Part shown: piece after piece, positions 1 through 6,991 of the stretch
Numbering within the stretch: position 1 is the first letter of the stretch
Layout of the letters: each line of letters begins with the position of its first letter
Source: Deltaproteobacteria bacterium
Lineage (GTDB): Bacteria; Desulfobacterota; Binatia; UBA12015
DNA length: 14,023 bases
NCBI GenBank assembly: GCA_046583355.1
Contig: JAYGCM010000020.1
Location: 1 to 14,023, forward strand
Direction of reading: 5' to 3'
The notes under the pieces: generated by a model
Database searches by the model: none
Told to the model about the DNA's origin: nothing
Seen by the model: only the letters and a program-made list of their open reading frames with translations
Position numbers and translations under genes: made by a program

Positions 1-570
1 AGGGAAAAGAATGAAGGTCAGGCCTTTGTGGCGCTTCGACTCAGGATCGGTGCGGAAGATTCCGAAGCCCCAGTCCGCGAATGCCGCCCGTGTCGACCAG
101 GTTTTCTGGCCGTTCAGAACGAACTCATCGCCCTCGATCCGCCCGGTCGAGCGGATCGCGGCCATATCGCTGCCGGCACCCGGCTCGGACCAGGCCTGCG
201 CCCAGGTCTCTTCGCTCGAGGCCATCTTGGGCAAGAAACGGGCCTTTTGCTCCTCGGTGCCGAATTGCATCAGCGTCGGACCGAGCAGGAAGATACCGTT
301 CTGGTTCACGCGTAGCGGTGCTGCGGCGCGCCAATATTCCTCTTCGAAGATCAGCCATTCGATGAGGTTTACGCCGAGGCCGCCGTATTCCTTGGGCCAG
401 GAGACCATCGAGTAGCCGCCCTCGTTGAGCGTATGCTCCCAGGCCCGATGCGCCGCGAAGCCTTCCTTGCGGTCGTAGGTCGGCAGGCGCTCGGCGGGGA
501 CGTTGGCGTCGAGCCACGAGCGCACCTCGCGGCGGAAGGCCTTCTCCTTCTCGGTATATTCGAGATCCAT
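1..570 (-). CDS. Acyl-CoA dehydrogenase, FadE31-like; N-terminal part, runs off the window edge
   Basis: Not in the ORF track because it is truncated. My translation from ATG at 570 reads MDLEYTEKEKAFRREVRSWLDANVP...WPKEYGGLG...EWLIFEEEYWRAAAP...GPTLMQFGTEEQKARFLPKMASSEETWAQAWSEPGAGSDMAAIRS...LNGQKTWSTRAAFADWGFGIFRTDP. The ACAD motifs SEPxAGSD and NGQKxW are present. Confidence 0.93.
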   Translation of the reverse strand, partial: MDLEYTEKEKAFRREVRSWLDANVPAERLPTYDRKEGFAAHRAWEHTLNEGGYSMVSWPKEYGGLGVNLIEWLIFEEEYWRAAAPLRVNQNGIFLLGPTLMQFGTEEQKARFLPKMASSEETWAQAWSEPGAGSDMAAIRSTGRIEGDEFVLNGQKTWSTRAAFADWGFGIFRTDPESKRHKGLTFILFP

Positions 571-852
571 GTTCGTCTTTGTTTCTGCCGCGCCCCGGGG
601 CACGGCGCCTCGGCGCAAAAGTCTTGTATCGGGTGGGAATTCCCGCCGATCGGCCGGGCGGGCCGGGACGGGGAGAACCCCGGATTTGGTAGCAATGGCT
701 TCCGGAGCCGTAAAGAACGCGAGACACGCGTTCATTCAGAGCGTTGGGCGGCCTGGGCTGCGGGCCTTTGTAGTGCCACGCGGCCTGCGCGCGCGCGCGG
801 CCTGCCCTTGCATCGATTCGGCGATCGGCCGCTAACTGCTAGTTGGGTTGAA

Positions 853-1674
853 ATGGGATGGCTGCGCGAGCGGATCTTTCGCCTCGGGGCGGCGTATCTG
901 ACAAAACCCCTCGCGCTCTATCCGCAGCGCGCCGTGCTCGACCCGGAGATACTGCGCCAGACGCTGCGCAAGGGCGACATCATCCTTGTGGAGGGTGACC
1001 AGCGCGTGAGCGAGGTGATCAAATTCCTCACCCAGAGCTCGTGGTCGCATGCGGCGCTTTACGTCGGCGATGCGTTTTCGGCACGGAGCGACGAAGATGC
1101 GGCCGAGCTGGAGACACGATACGGCCCGGACACCTCGCACCTGCTCGTCGAAGCCCTTCTCGAAGGCGGCGTCACGATGAGCCCACTCGCCAAATACGCC
1201 GGCTACAATATTCGCATCTGCCGACCAACCGGGCTGCACGCGGACGATCTGCAGCGAGTCCTGGACGAGACGATGAGCCAGCTCGGCACACGCTATGACA
1301 TGCGGCACGTGATAGAGCTGGCGCGCTACTTCTTTCCCGTCAATCTACTCCCGCGCCGGTTTCGCCGTACCGCGCTTGAGGCAGCGAGTACGCTGACGCA
1401 TGACGTCATCTGTTCGAGCTTGATTGCGCTGGCTTTTCAGAATGTGGGATTTCCGATTCTGCCTAGTGTGGTTGCGGGGGAGACAGCACCGGCGCTTCCC
1501 GTGCGCTGGGGACGGCGCCGGCGGGGGACGCCGTATCCTGGGGTGTTCCGGCATAAGCGGACGAACCTCATCACGCCGCGGGATTTCGATCTTTCGCCCT
1601 ATTTTGAGATTGTCAAAGTGAATCTTGAGAGGCCGGAGCCCTTCGACTACCAGCGAATTCGCTGGCAGGAGTGA
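853..1674 (+). CDS. YiiX/YaeF-like permuted papain-like amidase (permuted NlpC/P60, peptidase C92 family)
   Basis: GDIILV, WSHAALYVG (His), LVEA, G-x-x-YD and ICSSLIALAF (Cys) appear in the permuted His-before-Cys order, followed by a C-terminal ITPRDF. I placed the start at ATG 853 because the upstream extension of the track ORF is antisense to the ACAD gene. Confidence 0.88.
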   Translation: MGWLRERIFRLGAAYLTKPLALYPQRAVLDPEILRQTLRKGDIILVEGDQRVSEVIKFLTQSSWSHAALYVGDAFSARSDEDAAELETRYGPDTSHLLVEALLEGGVTMSPLAKYAGYNIRICRPTGLHADDLQRVLDETMSQLGTRYDMRHVIELARYFFPVNLLPRRFRRTALEAASTLTHDVICSSLIALAFQNVGFPILPSVVAGETAPALPVRWGRRRRGTPYPGVFRHKRTNLITPRDFDLSPYFEIVKVNLERPEPFDYQRIRWQE

Positions 1675-1722
1675 GCACGGGCTGAGTGCGGTGCCGCGGA
1701 TGAGCCGTGCCGAGGCGGAACA

Positions 1723-1806
1723 AGAACGAGCAGGAACCCTCCGGAGCGGAGCGAGAACGAGCGACAAGCTGGTCGCGGCTCAGCCCGGAGGGTTCCTGCT
1801 CGTTCT
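1723..1806. repeat. Perfect 22-bp inverted repeat with a 40-nt spacer (repeat family A doublet)
   Basis: AGAACGAGCAGGAACCCTCCGG (1723-1744) is the exact reverse complement of CCGGAGGGTTCCTGCTCGTTCT (1785-1806). Confidence 0.92.
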
Positions 1807-1910
1807 GTCCCTTGCCCCGAGTCCCGCCGCTGGCCTTCCTCGGGCGCGGAACTACGGAGGAGCCCCTCAGTAGCTTCCCGGCTGCGGATGGGGACGCCGG
1901 GTATGGGGAG

Positions 1911-2011
1911 GTGCGGAATTCGCTGCGCGATGAGTAGCCGACGCGCGGGGCCTTCAGGTCCGGGTACGCGACGTGAGGTAAGGAAATCGACGCGAGGTAA
2001 GCAACGTCCCC
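1911..2011 (-). repeat. Repeat family B, copy 1 (long form, ~100 bp)
   Basis: The reverse complement reads GGGGACGTTGCTTACCTCGCGTCGATTTCCTTACCTCACGTCGCGTACCCGGACCTGAAGGCC...CGGCTACTCATCGCGCAGCGAATTCCGCAC. It is 62/64 identical to 3649-3712 and aligns along its length with 2740-2839. Confidence 0.93.
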
Positions 2012-2075
2012 CAGTTCCCCCAGTTCACCCGCCAATAGTTGAGCAGGTTTGCGGCACCGCGTACGGTGAGCAACG

Positions 2076-2702
2076 ATGAGCGATCCAATTGCCCGCCAGC
2101 AAGACCAGCCCATTCGCTGCCCGTGGCCAGCTCAACACGCCGATTATTTGGCCTACCACGATCACGAGTGGGGCCGCCCCACCGTTGACGACACCCAGTT
2201 GTTTGAAAAAGTCTGTTTAGAGGGGTTTCAGGCCGGCTTGTCGTGGTTGACCATCCTGAGAAAACGCTCGGCCTTTCGCGCTGCATTTGCGGGATTTGAT
2301 CCCGTCCAGGTGGCCGCCTTTGACCCCTCCGACGTCGAACGTTTGGTCAACGATGCGGGCATTGTACGCCACCGGGGCAAAATCAACTCCACCATCAACA
2401 ACGCCGCACGGGCCTTGGAACTGCAACAAGAATTCGGGTCACTGGCCGCATATTTCTGGCAATGGGAACCCCTCAGCCAGCCCAAAACTGTCATGGGCGA
2501 CATTCCAGCTCTCACCGAAGAATCCACCGCATTAAGCAAGGACCTTAAACGCCGAGGGTGGTCCTTTGTGGGGCCGACTACCATGTACGCCATGATGCAA
2601 GCCATGGGGTTAGTCAACGATCACCTGACCATCTGCACCTTCTATGGAGAGGTCCAAGACCAGCGCTCGGCCCTTACCCGCCCTCTTGGGGGAAAACCAT
2701 GA
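2076..2702 (+). CDS. tag: DNA-3-methyladenine glycosylase I
   Basis: RCPW...YLAYHDHEWG, LFEKVCLEGFQAGLSWLTIL, GIVRHRGKI, SKDLKRRGWSFVGPTTMYAMMQAMGLVNDHLTIC. The Zn-binding Cys/His residues at both ends are intact. Confidence 0.97.
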   Translation: MSDPIARQQDQPIRCPWPAQHADYLAYHDHEWGRPTVDDTQLFEKVCLEGFQAGLSWLTILRKRSAFRAAFAGFDPVQVAAFDPSDVERLVNDAGIVRHRGKINSTINNAARALELQQEFGSLAAYFWQWEPLSQPKTVMGDIPALTEESTALSKDLKRRGWSFVGPTTMYAMMQAMGLVNDHLTICTFYGEVQDQRSALTRPLGGKP

Positions 2703-2712
2703 CCGACCTCAC

Positions 2713-2743
2713 GAGCCAGGACTGAAGAGCCAGGACTGAAGAG
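2713..2743 (+). repeat. 14-bp tandem duplication (GAGCCAGGACTGAA)x2 abutting repeat B copy 2
   Basis: 2713-2726 and 2727-2740 are identical and are followed by GAG. Confidence 0.9.
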
Positions 2744-2900
2744 ACGTTTCTTACCTCGCGTCGATTTCCTTACCTCACGGCGCGTATCCAGACCTGAAGG
2801 CCAGCGGCGCGGCTACTCACCGCACAGCGAATTCCGCGCCCAGGAGGACCAGCGGCAGGACGCGAGGTAAGGAATCGGGGTGAGGTAAGCAACGTCCCCC
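2740..2900. mobile_element. Putative ~160-bp non-autonomous element (MITE/REPIN-like) formed by repeat B copy 2 (+, 2740-2839) and copy 3 (-, 2859-2900)
   Basis: The left end AGAGACGTTTCTTACCTC and the right end GAGGTAAGCAACGTCCCC are imperfect inverted repeats. Each end carries two CTTACCTCRC boxes 18-19 nt apart. The repeat is directly seen; mobility is inferred. Confidence 0.65.
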
Positions 2901-2952
2901 GTTTCGCCTCCCAGCTTCGGCTGCGGCCTGCTCGCGCCTGAATGAGCCGCGT

Positions 2953-2981
2953 CGGGAGCGCGCCATCCCGGCGCGCTCCCG
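2953..2981. repeat. Perfect 12-bp GC-rich hairpin between the convergent tag and EF-hand genes (REP-like or terminator-like)
   Basis: CGGGAGCGCGCC-ATCCC-GGCGCGCTCCCG, 16 nt downstream of the EF-hand stop codon. There is no poly-T tail on either side. Confidence 0.7.
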
Positions 2982-2997
2982 CTCGCACGGCCCGAAC

Positions 2998-3582
2998 TCA
3001 GCCGAGATCGACCTCGGGCAGGCGTGCCCAATTACCCCAGACGCGGAGCAGTTCGGTCTGTCCGATCACGCCGTCGGCCGAGGTGTCGAAGCGCGCGAAT
3101 ACATCGGCAGCCTGGACCGAAGTGAACGGCGTACCGGCCTCGAATTCCGGCAAGGTGAGGCCGCCGTCGCCGTCCTCGTCCAACCGCCCGAAGATCGTCT
3201 TGGCCTCGTCGGTGATGATCCGATTCTCGACGTACTCTGCCACCGTGACGCCGCCGTCGCCGTCGCGGTCGGTTGCAGCGAAGACGCCGCGCACCGCGGC
3301 CGGGTCGCGGAAGATTGAATTTTCTTCGTATTCTTCGAGGGTGACCACGCCGTCCGCATCGGTGTCGAGAAACCCGAACGTCGCGGCGTAAGCATCGAGT
3401 TGCTCCGGCGAGAGCCCTGCACGACCTTCGGCACCAAGGCCCGAAAGGATCTCGCCGGGCGTGAGCGCCGGGGGCGGGCCGCCGCTTGAGCCGCAGCTCA
3501 GGAGGGTGCCCAACAGCAGGACAGCGACGAACCGGCAGAGCACAGGCCAGGCATGAAGTAGGCTTCGCACGGATTTCTTCAT
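2998..3582 (-). CDS. EF-hand calcium-binding protein with 4 EF-hands; probable lipoprotein
   Basis: Loops DTDADGVVTLEE, DRDGDGGVTVAE, DEDGDGGLTLPE and DTSADGVIGQTE. The N-terminus MKKSVRS leads into a hydrophobic stretch ending in a lipobox-like LLS-C. Confidence 0.88.
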   Translation of the reverse strand: MKKSVRSLLHAWPVLCRFVAVLLLGTLLSCGSSGGPPPALTPGEILSGLGAEGRAGLSPEQLDAYAATFGFLDTDADGVVTLEEYEENSIFRDPAAVRGVFAATDRDGDGGVTVAEYVENRIITDEAKTIFGRLDEDGDGGLTLPEFEAGTPFTSVQAADVFARFDTSADGVIGQTELLRVWGNWARLPEVDLG

Positions 3583-3648
3583 CGGTCTCGGAGCGTACCG
3601 TGCTCCTGAGCCGCGCAGCAAGCCTGTCCAGGAACCACGGGAAACTAA

Positions 3649-3724
3649 GGGGACGTTGCTTACCTCGCGTCGATTTCCTTACCTCACGCCGCGTACCCAG
3701 ACCTGAAGGCCCAGCGCGGTCGAC
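3649..3724 (+). repeat. Repeat family B, copy 4
   Basis: GGGGACGTTGCTTACCTCGCGTCGATTTCCTTACCTCACGCCGCGTACCCAGACCTGAAGGCCC is 62/64 identical to the reverse complement of 1948-2011. Similarity fades near 3724. Confidence 0.93.
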
Positions 3725-3772
3725 TTCAGACTCGGGGTCGCCTATTCGACCTCTATGTCCGATCTTAACCTA

Positions 3773-4162
3773 ATGATTGACCACGTCAGCCTCTCCGTCG
3801 AGGATCTCGGCCGCGCCAAGGCCTTCTACGCACAGGCGCTGGCGCCGATCGGGCTGGAAACGGTTGGTGAAGTGAGCGCCGAGCAGAGCGGAACGGTCGC
3901 CTTGGTTGGCTTTGGTATCGGCCGCAAAGGTTCGTTCTGGGTCGCCCAGCGCGGTCGGCAGAGCCCGGCCGCGCATATCTGCTTTCGCGCGCCCACGCGC
4001 GCCGCGGTCCGGGCCTTCTATGCGGCCGCGTTGGCTGCGGGCGGCGAAGACAACGGAGCGCCAGGAATCCGCCTCGAATACCATCCTGCCTATTATGCGG
4101 CCTTCGTACTCAGCCCCGAAGCCCATAATATCGAGGCGGTTTGTTTTGAGGACGAGGCCTGA
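3773..4162 (+). CDS. VOC family / glyoxalase-bleomycin resistance protein
   Basis: MIDHVSLSVEDLGRAKAFYAQALAPIG, HICFRA...VRAFYAAALAAGGEDNGAPGIRLEYHPAYYAAFVLSPEAHNIEAV. An alternative start exists at 3755. Confidence 0.93.
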   Translation: MIDHVSLSVEDLGRAKAFYAQALAPIGLETVGEVSAEQSGTVALVGFGIGRKGSFWVAQRGRQSPAAHICFRAPTRAAVRAFYAAALAAGGEDNGAPGIRLEYHPAYYAAFVLSPEAHNIEAVCFEDEA

Positions 4163-4266
4163 ACGTCCCCTGATGCGGCCGCTCTTCGGCCGGCCATTCG
4201 CTGCCGAGCAGGTAGCTGGTTAGAAACGGCGTAGTGGTGGGTTTCGGGCAGGGAGGGCTTACGAAG

Positions 4267-5403
4267 ATGGGCGCATTGGACGGCATTCGAATCGTGGATC
4301 TGACGACGATGATTTCGGGGCCCATGGCGACGCGAATCCTGGGGGACCAGGGCGCCGACGTGATCAAGGTCGAGCAACCCGACACCGGCGACCTTGTGCG
4401 TCATGTCGGGGCGACCAGCGCCGGTGTCTCGGCGACCTTTGCCACCGCCAACCGCAACAAGCGTTCGGTGGTCGCTGACCTGAAGACCGATGCAGGGCGA
4501 GAGTTCGTCCGGCGCCTGGTAGCGACCGCAGATGTGTTCGTGCAGAACTTCCGTCCGGGCGCGATCGAGCGCCTGAGTCTGGGCGAAGACGAGTTGCGCG
4601 AGATCCGCCCGGACCTGATTTATGTCTCGATCAGCGGCTTCGGCGAGACCGGCCCCTACAGCCACAAACGTGTGTATGACCCGGTTGTGCAGGCGCTCTC
4701 CGGCTTGGCCGCAATCCAGGCCGACCGCGACACCGGCCGTCCCCGCATGATGCGTCTGGTGGTGCCCGACAAGGTCACCGCCCTGACCGCCGCGCAGGCG
4801 ATCACCGCAGCCCTCTTCGCCCGGGAGCGCCACGGTATTGGCCAGCATCTGCGCCTGTCGATGCTGGACGCGACAATCGCCTTTCATTGGACCGAGGGCA
4901 TGGCGGGCCATACTTGGCTCAGCACCCGAACGAAGCGCCGCCATTCCCGTCTGGCCCAGGACCTCGTCTTCGAGACCGCCGACGGCTACATCACGGCCGG
5001 CGCGATGTCCGACGCCGAATGGCAAGGACTCTGCCGCGCCGTCGAGAAACCCGAATGGCTCACCGACGAACGGTTCGCGACGCCCGGCGGGCGCGTGGCC
5101 CACGCCGGTGAGCGCCTTACGATGTTGCAGGAAGTCCTGCGCGCCCAATCGAGTGTATTCTGGCTTGATCGCTTCGAGGCCGAGGATGTTCCTTGCGCGC
5201 CGGTATTGGACCGCGAGGCACTCCTCACGCACCCGCAGATCGAGGCAAACGGCATCATTGTCGAGGGCGAGCACCCCAAGGGCGGCGCCATGCGCCAACC
5301 CCGCCCGGCCGAGCGATTCAGCGAGACTCCCAGCAGTATCACGCGCCCGGCACCCGAACTCGGCGAGCATACCCGCGAACTTCTGGACGAACTCGGCCTC
5401 TGA
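4267..5403 (+). CDS. Class III CoA-transferase (CaiB/BaiF family)
   Basis: LDGIRIVDLT..ISGP, LGDQGADVIKVE, NRNKRS, ADVFVQNFRPG, SISGFGETGP, YD..VQALSG, catalytic-Asp region VPD, and C-terminal APELGEHT. A GGAGG RBS lies upstream of ATG 4267. Confidence 0.96.
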   Translation: MGALDGIRIVDLTTMISGPMATRILGDQGADVIKVEQPDTGDLVRHVGATSAGVSATFATANRNKRSVVADLKTDAGREFVRRLVATADVFVQNFRPGAIERLSLGEDELREIRPDLIYVSISGFGETGPYSHKRVYDPVVQALSGLAAIQADRDTGRPRMMRLVVPDKVTALTAAQAITAALFARERHGIGQHLRLSMLDATIAFHWTEGMAGHTWLSTRTKRRHSRLAQDLVFETADGYITAGAMSDAEWQGLCRAVEKPEWLTDERFATPGGRVAHAGERLTMLQEVLRAQSSVFWLDRFEAEDVPCAPVLDREALLTHPQIEANGIIVEGEHPKGGAMRQPRPAERFSETPSSITRPAPELGEHTRELLDELGL

Positions 5404-5440
5404 GCCAGGGACTGAGGCCGTGCCTTGCTTGCCGAATTTC

Positions 5441-5619
5441 CTGGGCGTGCCGCGCGAATATGCGGACGAGGCGCTGGGAGATCTCGCCGCCGCCAAGAAG
5501 GGCAAGAATTTGATGCAACCGAGCGCCGCTTGCGGCGAGCCAAGATCACGAAGGCGGGCAGTACGCATCTGCGCCATATGGTGAGCAAGGCAGTATTCGC
5601 CTACGCACATTCACCACGA
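5441..5619 (+). pseudogene. Degraded IS110-family transposase fragment
   Basis: 5521-5619 translates to ERRLRRAKITKAGSTHLRHMVSKAVFAYAHSPR, which resembles the IS110 C-terminal signature (RRRGxITKxGNxHLRxxLVEAAWxYxHxPR). A different frame at 5441-5503 gives LGVPREYADEALGDLAAAKKG, also IS110-like. Recognised from memory, not by search. Confidence 0.6.
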
Positions 5620-5632
5620 AGAAGGGCCGCTC

Positions 5633-6409
5633 CTACGCGATGGTTTTGAAACTGATCAGGCCGCCGCCATCCAGAACCAGAGTCTGGCCGGTCATCCAGG
5701 AGCCGGTCTCTGCGGCCAGGTAGAGCGCGGCGCCGGCAATATCCTCCGGTTCGCCGAGCCTTCCCAGCGGGTAGGCCCGGGCGACCTCGGCGCCACGATC
5801 CCCCTCCCAGAGGAGTTTCGCAAAATCAGTTTTGATAAGCCCCGGAGCAATGGCGTTCACTCGGACCTTCGGAGCCAACTCGGCGGCGAGTTGTTTCGTC
5901 GCGTGGATGAGTGCGGCCTTGGTCACGTCATATACGCCAAGTACGGCGTTGGTGGCCAACCCACCGACGCTCGAAATATTGATCACGCTACCGCCGTGCG
6001 TCTTCATGCGCCGATGCCAGGCGAGTTGTGTCCAGAAGAGCGGTGCCGTGAGGTTGATTTCCAGCGTCTTGTTCCAGCGCGGTCGGTCGACGTCGATCAT
6101 CGGCCCCGCGTAGGGGTTGGTGGCGGCGTTGTTGACGAGAATATCGAGCCCGCCGAGCCGGCTGAGCGTGGCATCGATCACGCGCTCGATATCCTCCTCA
6201 TGGCCGATATTGCCAGGCTCGAAGACGGCATTCGCGCCGATCTCCGCACAGGCGGCAGCGCAGGCATCGGCCTTTCTCGAGGTGATCATCACCTTCGCGC
6301 CAGCCTCCGCGAATACCTTCGCGATGCTCTTGCCTATTCCCCTTGAGCCCCCGGTTACGAGAGCGACTTTTCCATCCAATCGAAGATCCACACCTGAAGG
6401 TTTCTTCAT
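5633..6409 (-). CDS. Classical SDR oxidoreductase (DHRS4/FabG-like)
   Basis: LDGKVALVTGGSRGIG, LDILVNNAATNP, NISS, YDVTK (YxxxK), VRVNAIAPG, PLGRLGEPEDIA, TGQTLVLDGG. The start is either 6409 or 6454. Confidence 0.95.
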   Translation of the reverse strand: MKKPSGVDLRLDGKVALVTGGSRGIGKSIAKVFAEAGAKVMITSRKADACAAACAEIGANAVFEPGNIGHEEDIERVIDATLSRLGGLDILVNNAATNPYAGPMIDVDRPRWNKTLEINLTAPLFWTQLAWHRRMKTHGGSVINISSVGGLATNAVLGVYDVTKAALIHATKQLAAELAPKVRVNAIAPGLIKTDFAKLLWEGDRGAEVARAYPLGRLGEPEDIAGAALYLAAETGSWMTGQTLVLDGGGLISFKTIA

Positions 6410-6991
6410 CTCAGCTGCGCTTGCAACCGCTGGCGCCGCCGCCGCACTGGGCATCGAGCTGACCCAACCCGTCCGTTAGCCCACGTGAACCAGAATCCAC
6501 GCTCCAGAAACCCTCCTCTCGGCGACGCAATATCCTGCTCAGGGCATGTCGGGGCACGAGGCCGGCGCCGGCGAGTTCTTCACGCCGTCAAGGGAGGCTT
6601 CAAGTTCCCAGGAATAGGCCGGCGGACTCCAGGGCATGAAGGAAGTCGGTGTCCAGCTCCAACCGGGACTGCCGGTTCCATCGTAAGTACTGAAGTGAAG
6701 GGCGCGATATGGCGGCAGATCATGATTGTCCTCGGGCGGGTTTCAGCGAAGGCAGCCGCGAGCGATATGATCTCATTATCACCACTCACCCGACGGGCAA
6801 CAGGGACACTCGCTGCCCCAGCAAAGGTGCTAGAGGATGCCATGGCAGGGTCCGAAAGCTCAAGGTTTTCGAGAATAACCCGTTGACTAAACCTTTACGG
6901 AACCGGCATTGATAGGACTTCAGCCAGCGCTGCGCCGCCCCTATCCCTACCTACCCGCCCCAGCCGCGCCCCGGAATATTGCTAGCCACTC

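Noticed and set aside
786..799. (GC)n run upstream of the YiiX-like gene
   Set aside because: It is short and unremarkable in high-GC DNA.
433..852. 140-aa N-terminal extension of the YiiX-like ORF
   Set aside because: It overlaps the ACAD gene antisense and the divergent promoter region. Family-like sequence begins at Met 853.
1890..1896. GGGGACG as the missing opposite end of family B copy 1
   Set aside because: Only 7 bp match and the CTTACCTC boxes are absent, so it is too weak to call.
1911..3724. Family B repeats as a CRISPR array or integron attC sites
   Set aside because: Orientation alternates, the intervals are gene-sized, there are no RYYYAAC/GTTRRRY boxes, and there is no cas or intI gene in the window.
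4093..5610. 505-aa minus-strand ORF and similar long shadow ORFs (e.g. 9467-10555, 13177-14001, 8333-9016)
   Set aside because: They are antisense to well-supported genes, which is expected in high-GC DNA, and they contain no recognisable motifs.
6883..6914. TTGACT as a sigma70 -35 box
   Set aside because: No acceptable -10 hexamer at 16-18 nt spacing.
6455..6991. Small ORFs (6580-6843 -, 6485-6886 +) or an ncRNA in the ~540-bp divergent gap
   Set aside because: No recognisable protein motif, RBS or RNA structure. I cannot exclude a small gene or relic, but I cannot support one.
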